Shown: positions 1 through 12,572 of the stretch, piece by piece
How positions within the stretch are numbered: position 1 is the stretch's first letter
Layout of the letters: each line of letters opens with the position of its first letter
Assembly: GCA_965240325.2 (NCBI GenBank)
Contig: OZ251225.1
Coordinates: 62,001 to 126,000, forward strand
Reading direction: 5' to 3'
Source: Rebecca billardiae RCC1528
Lineage: Eukaryota > Protista > Haptophyta
DNA: 64,000 nucleotides
The notes under the pieces: model-generated
Told to the model about the DNA's origin: nothing
Database searches by the model: none
The model's input: the letters and a program-made list of their open reading frames with translations, nothing else
Translations under genes and position numbers: made by a program

Positions 1-25
1 ATAGTAGCAGGCGCTAGCGACATCG

Positions 26-452
<427 letters not shown>

Positions 453-538
453 TGGCTCAGGCAAGCGCAGCACTCACAGGCCTGACGACAAGGTTGTCAA
501 CCACAACGGAGGCTGCAGGGGCGGATGGCGGGTTTCGC

Positions 539-982
539 AACGAGCACAAGCAAAGAACGCAGAGGAGATGGCGGGACCTCGGGCTTTGCAGATGCGCAGG
601 CCGAAGCAGGGGCTGCCGAGAGATGAGCAGCTCGGCCCGAAAGGTCGTGTAACCGATGATCGAGCGAGCTCTGCTAGGTGGGCTGCTTGATATGAACTTT
701 GGTAAGTTGCCACGCCGACTTAAGATGACCTTGTATATGATCTCGAGCGCCGGATAGTGGAGAGGAGCGGGTACTTACAGAGGAGCCAGTGTGGTTGGCC
801 GATATGAAAGGACCAGCGCCCGCCATGATGATGATAAAGGATAGCTCCGTGGCCGATGAGCTCCGGAAATCGACTGCAACTACCTGCAGGACCTAGAAGA
901 CGATGGCGGCCCTTGTCCACCAGCTGTGCGTTGCCTTTCCAGCCTCCCGACACACTCGGTTATAACTCCGTTATAACGCCAC
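539..982 (+). repeat. Element 1 repeat B1 (444 bp)
   Basis: Matches 8310-8753; one substitution seen. Ends GTTATAACTCCGTTATAACGCCAC. Confidence 0.95.
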
Positions 983-1247
983 GTGTCCTCCTGCATGAAG
1001 AGCGACGCGACGCCATTGAGTATGGACGAACATCACCCACAGTCTGCGTGATGTGCATGCGAGGGCAGGTATTGCAGCATATATGCGAGCATGCAGCAAA
1101 TGCCGATACACACCATGCCGAAATGGTGATGTATAAATATATACTTGCGCGTGGTGGGGATTTGTCCCTGGCTGAACGGGAAGAGCGACTGAGCCGACGG
1201 TGCCAAAGCTGCGCGCAGACTGCGCCAGCGTGTGGCAGCAAGGTCCC
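983..1247 (+). repeat. Element 1 repeat A2
   Basis: Direct copy of 188-452, abutting B1 at GCCAC|GTGTC. Confidence 0.95.
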
Positions 1248-1444
1248 GTTTGTGAGCAGGAGAGATCCCGTTGAGGATGAGGGCGCTGCTGAGAGATGAT
1301 GGAGGCGGATGACACGGAGCAGGCCAGAGGTCTGTAGCGCAAGGTGGCACGTCCTCGTTTTTTTTGGGGTTTTTTTTTTTGAGGTTGCGTGCGTGCGCGC
1401 GCGTTGGGTAAGCGAGTTCGGGGGTGGGTGCGTGGGGACCTCCG

Positions 1445-1763
1445 GACCTACAAAGGTCTGGCCCGCAAGGGCTGTGCCTACAAAGGCTGTGCCTACAAAG
1501 GTCACTGGTGTGCCTACAAAGGTCACGGATGTGCCTACAAAGGCTGTGCCTACAAAGGTCACTGGTGTGCCTACAAAGGTCACTGGTGTGGCCTACAAAG
1601 GTCACGGGTGTGCCTACAAAGGCTGTGCCTACAAAGGTCACTGGTGTGCCTACAAAGGCTGTGCCTACAAAGGTCACTGGTGTGCCTACAAAGGCTGTGC
1701 CTACAAAGGTCACTGGTATGCCTGCAAAGGCTGTGCCCACAAAGGCTGGTGGCCTACAAAGGC
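1445..1763. repeat. Minisatellite of mixed 15-bp (TGTGCCTACAAAGGC) and 21-bp (TGTGCCTACAAAGGTCACTGG) units
   Basis: About 18 copies of the core CCTACAAAGG in the 3' internal region of element 1. Confidence 0.95.
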
Positions 1764-1978
1764 TTGGCCGAAGCGTAGAGACGATGTTGCTGCAACTTGA
1801 GCGAGAGATGTGCGCCGCGTCGCCAGAGCGCGCCTCCCAGCGGAGCCGGCAACGCGTGCGCCGGTGCGAGGGCCGGATCCGGCTGCGAGCGCGACTGCAG
1901 CGCGAGCGCGACGGGCGGCGGCCGCCGCCAAACTGCGCCGCGCGACTGGCGAGCAGTCGATGCAGCGGCGTCCGTGTC

Positions 1979-4900
1979 TCAGCGACAAGCGCCCACCGCG
2001 GGCGGCGCGCCACGGACTCGCGAGCGCCGCCACACCGGCCCAGGGTTGCTGGCCTCGCCCACGCGCTCACCGCGCAGCGGCATGGGCGGATCGGCAGCGA
2101 GGACGAGCGGACGCGAGAGCAGCGCGACGAGCTCGTCAAGCAGCGCCTGCACGCGCACGACGGGCACTGCGAGCCACGTCGGGCGTAGGCCGAGCTGGGC
2201 GCACAGGCGCTCGAGGACGCCAAACTCGCCGCGGCTAGCTGCGTCCGCCAACGGGTTCATCTCCGAGAGGAGGAACTCCGAGTCGGCCAGCTCTGCGATC
2301 GCCCGCCATTCAGGGGCGTCGAGCAGCGCGAGGTGCGCGTGCTGCAGCAGCGGGGAGTGCGCGGACAGGTTGTGGAGGATGTGGTCGGTGACAGAGCTGT
2401 CGGTGCGGAGCCGGATGACGGCGCCTGCAATGCGCGGCGCGAAGATCAGCACGTTGGCGAACAGCGCGACGAACTCGAGCGCGACCACCGGCAGAGCGAG
2501 GTCCGACGCGCGCAAGGGCAGGCTCCAGCAGAGCCCGTGGGCGTAGCCCCCCAGCGACGGCACGCGCGCGCCATCCTTGGCGGCGTCCGAGAAGAGCACG
2601 AACGCAGGCGGCGCCGCGGCCGGCAGGTGCCGGCGGGTCGAGGGGCCCGGCAGCGCGTTGGAGAAGAGCACGCCCGCGGTGGAGCGCAGGAGCTTGGCCC
2701 AGCGCGCGCACGCGGCGCGGAGCGTGGCGGTGATGGGCACCGGCCGCGCTGGGTGGCGTCAGAGCTCGCCGAAGTGCGTGTACAGGCCGTAGAAGAACGT
2801 GCGGTTCGCCGGCGTGAGCGGGCGGAAGTGCTCGAGCAGACCGACGAGCGCGCGAAAGGTAGAGAAGGGTACCGGCCTGCTCGCCAGCAAGTCGTCCAGG
2901 ATGACGAGAGCGCGCAGGATCTTGGCCGGCGGCACCGCGAGGACGCCAGCGCAGACGACAAAGTCGCAGCCGAGCCAGAGCGCTGACTGGCCGATTTGGC
3001 GCTTCTCGGGGATGGCCATGAGCAGGCCGAGGCTGGTGGTGACGCGGTGCCAGACGGAGAGAAAGCGCACCGTTCTGTCCACGCCGACGATGGAGAAGTT
3101 GGTGTCGTCCGTGAAGCAGTCGCCGCTGAAGAGGCGCAGCTGGGGGCGCCGCGTGGTCACCGCGCTGCTCGATCCAGCTGCGCACAGCAGGGGGCGTCAG
3201 CGGGTCAGCGAGCATCGCCTCGAAGCGCGGCAGCTCCTCGTCGTCGAAGCACCGCGAGGCGATCTGCACGACGGTCGTGCTTAGGCGCTGCGCGATGTTA
3301 CTGCTGGGCGAGAGCCCAAAGCCGAGGCGCGACTCAGAGACGACGACGTGGCCGCCGGCGGCAACGCCCTCGCCGTCCGGCCGCAGCCAGAGGAGGCAGA
3401 CGTTTGGCAGCTCGGCCGTTGCGACGCCGAGGTGGTTGAAGAAGTCGGCCACGTCGTCTGCGAGCGTGAGTATTGGCTCGCCAAACACGGCGGCGGCGTC
3501 GAGCAGGATCGCGTTGTCGTGCATCTTGCCGCCGACCGTGGGCTTGGCTTCGCGCGGCCACTTGCGCGGCGGCGCGCGCGGCAGGGTGGGCGTAAGACCC
3601 GCTGCGATCATCCGCTCGGCCGCGGCGGACGGGGCAGCCGCTGCTGGGCGGGGCACGTCGTGCCAGCCCGCGGCCGCGTCAGCGACCTCGTCGTGGAGAC
3701 CGACAGCGACGTTGAGCGGGATGACAGGCACGCCAGCTGTGTCGACGAGCGCGCGGCGGGGCGCGCCGCCATCGGTCGTGCGGCGGTGCCGGTCCGGCTC
3801 GAGCTTGCGCGGCGTGGACCCCTGCGGGCTGAGCCGGCACGGGAGGAACGGGAAGTCGTCCCAGAAGCTGTACCAGCCGCGCGCCGCGAGGCGGAGGAGC
3901 TCCTTGTGCACGGAGGAGGCGGCCGCGCCGAGGGTGGTGAGGTGCGGCAGCAGCACGAGCTGGAGAGCCACATCGGCCTTGAACCGCACACCGTGGCGCA
4001 CAAAGGAGAGCAGCTCGCGGTCGGGGAAGTCGGGACCGACGGCAGCTTCGAGGGCGTCCGGCATGAGCGTGCGCGACTCGAGCGGCGCCGAGAAGTCGAG
4101 CGGCAAGTACACGCCGTCCACCTTGCTCCGAAGGTCCCAGACGATGCCGCGGGCCTCCGGGTGGAAGAGGTCCTGGCCGATGGCGAGCGGCGCGTTGGTG
4201 CGCCGGGCGGCTGAGCCGAGCGAGAGGTACGCGCGCAGGTCGGCCTCCTCGCGGCGGCGCCAGCCCGCGACGAGCTCGAGCGCCGCGGGTAAGAGGATGT
4301 CAGCAACCGACCGCGGGCGGTACGAAGTCGCACGCTGCCGCCGCGGCGTCGGCACGTTGGTGTGAGGAGGGTCAAAGCGCGCCGACGTGGAGTCAAAGGG
4401 GAGCGCGGCGAGCGACCCGAGCGGCACGCGCATCGAGTGACCCTGCAGGGCGACAGGGATGCTGGAGCGGTCGGTGCGCACGCGATCGCCCCAGCCGGTG
4501 AGCGACTGGCCTTCCGTGGCCGGCAAGGAGGCGGCGCGTACAGCGATCATCGCCCGCAGAGCGGCGTCGGTCGCCTCTGCCGCGCGCGCCCCTTGCGCCC
4601 ACGAGCGCTGCCTGGCGGCCGCCAGCGCCAGATCGCGCGCGGCCGAGGAACCGGCCGGACCCGTCGCGGCGAGAGGAGGCATGCGACGAGGGAGGACGTC
4701 CACGAGCGCTGCACACGCAGCGGCGGCCGGCTCGTACAAGTCGGAGCCGGCGAACGCGCCCAAAGGGAACCACTCGCAGCCAGCAGCGAGCATCGGCGAG
4801 CGCGGCGGGCGCGTTCGGCTGGGAAGGGCCACGACGTGCGCCTCGCCGCCAAAGCGGCACTCGGCGCCGCGCAGGCGTGTGGCGTAGATGCCCGTCAGCG

Positions 4901-5744
4901 GCGGGCCACCCGTGAGCGCGCGTGCGACGAGAGACTCGGCCCGTGGGCACGCCTCTGAGCGGGGGCACGACGACGTGGATGAGCCCAGAAAGGAAGTCGG
5001 CGCGCCGCCGGGCGCGCGTCGACCGGCGAGGATGAGCGGCGCGTCGGGATCGTCGAGAGCGACGACGAGCGCCAGCAGCGAGGTGCTGGAGTCCGTGGAT
5101 GCACTGAGCGTGCGTGTCGGCTCGACCCACGCCAGCCGCGATGGCGGCATGCCACCTCCGCTGCGCGCCGCAGGCGCGCGCAGCGGCGGCGGCGCACCTG
5201 CGCCGGCAGATGTCGCCGCCTGGCGAGCCCGCGCGTCGCCGCCGACGCGAGGCGGCGGCAGCCGCGAGCGGTCGAGCAGCGCTGAGGCAGCCACGCCCGG
5301 CGCCAGCGAAGCGAGAGGCGTGGAGCCGCCCCGCCCCGCCGGCGCGAGCGGCGGCGGCGGCGCATCGCAGCCGACAGCCGGCGCGGTTGGGCGCGCGCGC
5401 TTGGCGCCGTCGACGCGGGGCGGCTGCAGCCGCGCGCGGGCAAGCAGCACGGCAGCACCCACGCCCGCCGTCACCGCCGCGACTGGCGAGGAGGCGGCAG
5501 ATGACGAGTCGCCTGCGCGCGCAGCCTCAGCACGCAGCGACCGCGGCGAGGCAGCGGCGGCCAGCCCACCCGGCAAGGGAGCAGCAGGTGGTACCGCCGG
5601 CAGGGGCACCTCGGCGCTCATCGCCGCGCGCGCGGCAGCGCCCGCGGGCCCGGCGGCGACCGCCGCCGCGGACGCCGGCGAGAGAAGCGGGCAGCAATCC
5701 GCCGGCGGGCGCCCACTTAGTGGCCCGTCGGCAAGCCAAAACCC
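1979..5744 (-). pseudogene. Pol: reverse transcriptase plus RNase H of DIRS/Ngaro type, disrupted
   Basis: RT motifs PQGSTPRK..HRRTTD, ADDVADFFNHL, RLGFGLSPSSNIAQR, FTDD, EKRQIG..LWLG. RNase H motifs FSDAA, LEFVAL, RTDS, NPLADAASR. There is a frameshift near 3160 and an in-frame TGA at 2759-2761. Confidence 0.88.
5701..5744 (-). promoter_or_regulatory. Putative -1 programmed ribosomal frameshift signal
   Basis: G_GGT_TTT (5744-5738) is in the ORF1 frame and Pol is in the -1 frame. A 5-nt spacer precedes a stem GCCGACGGGC/GCCCGCCGGC enclosing CAC-TAA-GTG. Confidence 0.7.
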
Positions 5745-8203
5745 GAGGGCCAAGCGTCGAGAGCATGCTGGGCGAGGTCGACGGCATCGAGCGAGTGCGC
5801 GCCGGCGCCGATCGCGCCGTGGCCGGGTTGGCCCGAACACGGGCAGCGCCGGATGGCCACGTCCGCGAGTGAGGGCTTGGCCCTGCCGTCGGCGCGCAGC
5901 TTCGGGAACCGCGTGGCCACGACCGGCAGGCACGGGTCGACGTGCATCACACTCACGTACGCCGCCGAGAAGGAGCTCAGGCGGAAGAGGCCCAAGTTGT
6001 CCGAGAGCAGCCCGATGCCGAAGCAGTCGTGCGTCTCGGAGACGACATAGCCGACGGGGGGGCCGAAAGGCTTGGTGTTGAGGATGGTCACCTGCACGTC
6101 CGAGCCGTAGCTCGGCGCAGCGGCCGCAGGCCCGCGCGCCAACTGGCGCTGCTTCTTGCTCGGCGGGGGTTGCAGCTGCGCGCGAGCACGCCCTGGAGCG
6201 GTGGGCGACGGCTGCGGTTGCCCGCGCAAGGGGTTGGCCGGGGTGCTCGGGCCGGGGCCTGCCGACTGGCCGGCGCCCTGGCTGGCGCGGAGAGCGAGCA
6301 TCCGGTCGACAAACGCCGCGCTCTGGTTCCAGGTGATCATGGTCGCCTGCGTGGAGCGACAGGCCTCGCGGATGGTGGCCAGCACGACCGACGACGGGTC
6401 GAGGAACGGCAGCTCAGGAATGCGCGCGAGCGGGTTGGGGTCGGCGAGGGCGACGCCAAAGCGCGTCTCGAGGTCAGCGAGCATCTCATTGACCAGAGCG
6501 ACAGCAGCCGTCACCGCCAGGCCGATGCTGACGGCGGCCTGCAGTTCGACGAGCTTGCCAAAGAAGGAGTCGACCTCGGAGACGCCGACGTAGCCGAACA
6601 GCTTGATCGCCGCATCCTCCACGAGATGGAACATCCGGAGGTCTGTCAGCGTGTCCGAGAGCAGCGCCTCGAGCGACACGAACGGCGTCAGCGCGCAGTA
6701 AACGGAGTGCTGCGAGAGGGCGGCGGTGAGCGCGCGCGAGAGCTCGACGATGCCCAGCGCCGTGAACTTGCCCGCCACGAGCGAGGAGCAGAGCTTGGAT
6801 TCGAGCGTGAATGTCATCGACGCCTGCAGCTCGGGGACGTCCTCCCTGAGTCGCGCGGACAAGGCGCGCGCCAGAGGGCGGCCCCGCGCGGCCATCGAGA
6901 GCGTGATGAGCTGGAGGTTGCCGAGCTGCGAGGACGGGCTGGAGCCGGCGAGGACGCGGCGGATGAGGGTGAACCTCGACTGCAGCAGGAGGATCTCGCG
7001 CTGCCCAGCCGGGCTGGAGGCCGCCTTGAGGTCGAGCTCGCGCCACTCCGGGTTGTCCAGGAGAAGCGAGGCCGAGCCGGCAGCAGAGGAGCCGCGGTTG
7101 CCGCCGAGGCCCGAGCTCTGCGCAGCGGAGCCGCCATCGCCAGAGCCGAGGCCGACGAGCCTGGCGCGGACAAGCTCGAACGTGGCGCTGCCGCCGTGGT
7201 CAGAGATGCTGTCGACGACGCGCGCGACGTGAGAGTTCAGGAGCGCAAAAAGCTCGAACGACCACAGCACCAGCCCAGAAGAGGGCTGGACGACGGCGGC
7301 GAGCTTGTTGACGCACGAGGCGATGAGGTCGGCCGCCGGGGGTTGCGACGCCGAGACCACCAAGGAGAGGCTCGGGAAGAACGCGATGTACTCGGCGGGC
7401 GCGGAGCGGAGCGCCGAGTGTAACTCCTGGGGGGACGCCAGCAAACGCATCGCCTTGGCGAGGAAGACCAGGAGGTCGTCGGTCGAGTTGGGCAGGCTGG
7501 AGAGCAGCGCGCGCATGGAAGCGACGACGCGCACGAACGCATCAACGCGCAGAGCCCAGCTCACCGAAGCCGGATACGACACGCCGGGAGCCGCCCCGGA
7601 GTCGAGGATCTGGAGGGCACCGGCCGTCATGTCAAAGGCAGAAGCGTCCGCGAAATCGCCCGTGACGTGGCGCGGGCCCATGGTGAGCAGCAGGATGCCG
7701 AGCGGCGAGAAGAAGTAGCCCTCCAACATGAGGCGCGTCACCTTGAGGGAAGCGAAGGCCTTGAGCTCGGGCGAGGGCGGGGCGCCGAGGTTGTGCACCG
7801 AGAGCTCGATCAGGTCGTCGTCACCCACCACCACCGCCCACGGTGAGGTGCGCGTGCGCTCGAGGAACACAGAGAGCGAGTTCCCAAAGCCGTGCGTATC
7901 CGTCGCGAGCAAATCCAGCGCGCGCAGGATGGCTTGGTCCGTGAGGCCGATGCGGGCGAGCGTGGCTTTGGCGAGCGAGGTGAGGGGGCGGCCGTCGAGA
8001 GGGTCGCCCGCACGCGCAGCGCAAAAGATGAGGCCTTCGACCTGGGACACAGGGACCGACTGCATGGTCGGGTCGCCCGGGACAGGGGCCGGATCGATCA
8101 CGCCCTCGTTTTCGGCCATGAAGAGGAGGTGGTGGTTGCCAAGGAAGGCGGGGGCCTGGATGAGGAGGTTCCGGTTGGCATCGACAGACATGACGAGCGA
8201 CAT
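5717..8203 (-). CDS. ORF1, Gag-like protein of element 1
   Basis: Intact ORF of about 830 aa from MSLVMSVD, first in the element. It has a Pro/Gln-rich linker and a C-terminal Cys/His cluster (DPC...RRCPCSGQPGH...AH). Confidence 0.7.
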   Translation of the reverse strand: MSLVMSVDANRNLLIQAPAFLGNHHLLFMAENEGVIDPAPVPGDPTMQSVPVSQVEGLIFCAARAGDPLDGRPLTSLAKATLARIGLTDQAILRALDLLATDTHGFGNSLSVFLERTRTSPWAVVVGDDDLIELSVHNLGAPPSPELKAFASLKVTRLMLEGYFFSPLGILLLTMGPRHVTGDFADASAFDMTAGALQILDSGAAPGVSYPASVSWALRVDAFVRVVASMRALLSSLPNSTDDLLVFLAKAMRLLASPQELHSALRSAPAEYIAFFPSLSLVVSASQPPAADLIASCVNKLAAVVQPSSGLVLWSFELFALLNSHVARVVDSISDHGGSATFELVRARLVGLGSGDGGSAAQSSGLGGNRGSSAAGSASLLLDNPEWRELDLKAASSPAGQREILLLQSRFTLIRRVLAGSSPSSQLGNLQLITLSMAARGRPLARALSARLREDVPELQASMTFTLESKLCSSLVAGKFTALGIVELSRALTAALSQHSVYCALTPFVSLEALLSDTLTDLRMFHLVEDAAIKLFGYVGVSEVDSFFGKLVELQAAVSIGLAVTAAVALVNEMLADLETRFGVALADPNPLARIPELPFLDPSSVVLATIREACRSTQATMITWNQSAAFVDRMLALRASQGAGQSAGPGPSTPANPLRGQPQPSPTAPGRARAQLQPPPSKKQRQLARGPAAAAPSYGSDVQVTILNTKPFGPPVGYVVSETHDCFGIGLLSDNLGLFRLSSFSAAYVSVMHVDPCLPVVATRFPKLRADGRAKPSLADVAIRRCPCSGQPGHGAIGAGAHSLDAVDLAQHALDAWPSGFGLPTGH

Positions 8204-8244
8204 GGCGAGGACGGGGCGGAGCGAGAGCGAGAGCGAGAGGGTGC

Positions 8245-8309
8245 AACGAGCACAAGCAAAGAACGCAGAGGAGATGGCGGGACCTCTGGCTTTGCAGATG
8301 CGCAGGCCA
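8245..8309 (+). repeat. 65-bp tandem duplication of the start of repeat B
   Basis: AACGAGCACAAGCAAAGAACG...GCAGGCC is repeated immediately before B2. Confidence 0.9.
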
Positions 8310-10633
<2,324 letters not shown>

Positions 10634-12120
10634 CATCGATCGTCATCGTTACAGCCCGTCAGGCGGCAGCTCAGTCAGCCGCGCCACCGGGTATACGTAT
10701 ACGCGCCGCCAGCGGTATATAACTTTATTATTATACATCATATATATATATGTCTGCATCTGCAGCAGCCCGCCGGCGGGCCGGGCTGCGACATCGACTA
10801 CCACCTCATCTGCTTCATCGCCCAGAGCGCGCTAGGCGGCGCGCTCACTCCCCAAGCCCCTCTTCTGCAGCTGGCCTGTTTTATTTCTACCAGATTCCAT
10901 TTACTATGTCAGTCTATGTCACGGCGACAAACCCGTGCCCGCCAGTGGGAATCGGTGTCACGCCCCGTTCAGTGTACCTCTCACGGCCGATGGCGGCCCC
11001 GGCGTGCGCGAGGAATGCGATTCCTGCACTCCTCGGTGACCGGTGAGTGCAGGAATCCAGTTGCGGCGCTCGTCCGCCTCGTCGTCGTCGCACACGAGGT
11101 ACACTGAAGAGCACGGGTCAGAAGCCAGATCTCTCTGCGCGCTCGCGCCCGCGCGGCGAGGCACTGGCAGGCTTGTTCTGGCATCATCTTGGCCAAGACT
11201 GCAGCCTGCCAGATGCGCGAGGACGCGTGTGCACGCCTTTCCCGCGTCATGGGTGCGCGTGGCACGCACCCTGTCGTCATCTACGCCGAGGAGGCCTGAG
11301 CAACCAGCCCACCAACCTGCCGTGACCACGTTCAAATGCAGGCGGCAAGCTGCATGCGAGCGCACGCAACGGAAGCATCTCACGCTCGACAAGGAAGTGG
11401 CGGCGGAGCGAGTGTAGCTGGTATCGTTTGCAGCCCATCGGTTGTTCAACAATCCTGGTTCAACAACTGACACGGGCGCGACGCAGCCAAGGCAGAGTGC
11501 TTGCAGCTCGCACTTCGCAGCGCGCCCGCAACTGCGGTTTGCCGCCGCGGCGCCGCGGCGATCGTCACACCGCCGTGCGCTGCGAGTGACCTCTGTGTCA
11601 TGGCGAAGCACCATGGCAAGGCTAAGCAGCATGCCTTGGCAACACCTTTCGCTACAGCTCAGCGCCCTAGTACGAACATGCGCCAACGACGTGCCATCCC
11701 TACTCCGCAATCCGCCAATCGCGCCGGCACCCACCACCAGCGGGCAAGCCGCCATTTTACCCGGTTTTGGCGAATGTCGCCGTTGGGCTCTCGTAGAAAT
11801 AAAACAGGCCAGCTGCGCGCCGCTTGGCCGGCGCGCGGCGACGCGTACTACGACCTCATCCTCATCCAGGCGCCCACGCGGGCGCACGGGGGCGACAGCC
11901 GCGGCTGCCGCTTGCCGGAGCTGCTCGCCGCTAGGTCGGCGGGCGGCGACATCGACTACGACCTCACGACGGTCCTCATCCAAGTGCTCCGGAAGGCGCT
12001 CGGCCGCGGCGGCATCTGCCGTCGCCGCCGCGTGCCCCAGGCCGAGGCGGTGCTCCATCCCGGCCCCGCTCCCGTAGGGGGGCAGGGCTGCGGGTGGCGC
12101 ACTGTCTGACCTGGACGGAA

Positions 12121-12194
12121 GGCGCGGACGCATTCTATGATGTGTCTGTTGCACTCTGAGCCTGACGCTTGTCCGATGCTGCCACGTCGTTAAA
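12121..12194 (+). repeat. About 75-bp dispersed repeat, inverted copy at 39753-39827
   Basis: TGTTGCACTCTGAGCCTGACGCTTGTCCGATGCTGCCACGTCGTTAAA is identical in both copies, and both abut TA repeats. Confidence 0.85.
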
Positions 12195-12572
12195 TATATG
12201 TCGTCAAAGGAATCGCCAATCTATCTACAGTCGTGATTTCCAATTTCCAATCCAACGTTACATTTTACTCGCAGTCACACAGTGGCGGCGCGACCGCTGC
12301 GGCGGCGCTCGCACAAAATCCTCCAAAATCATCAACCTGAACCTCATCCTAAAATACAGCAGGACAGCATGGCTGGCGGCGGCATCTGTCAGAAGCGTTC
12401 CAGAAGTGATCCGTGTCCGTGAATTCTGAAACTCTCGTGATGAACTAAACATGAGCCGATCACTGCAAACACGCTGTGCAAAACACCACAACATCGATGA
12501 GCCGAAGCTCGTCACGCGACCTCGACCGTCATGCCTCAAGACGCGTTCCCTGACAATATCTATAGAGATAAT

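Noticed and set aside
959-977. Bona fide integron attC site (GTT/AAC cores)
   Set aside because: Core order is opposite to RYYYAAC...GTTRRRY, the site is too short, and there are no cassettes or IntI. Kept only as a mechanistic analogy.
1445-1763. CRISPR-like array
   Set aside because: Intervening sequences are 1-7 bp and repetitive rather than unique spacers; no cas genes; eukaryotic context.
2759-2761. Programmed readthrough of the TGA between RT and RNase H
   Set aside because: More simply a CGA to TGA mutation, since the same ORF also has a frameshift near 3160. Checkable against sibling copies.
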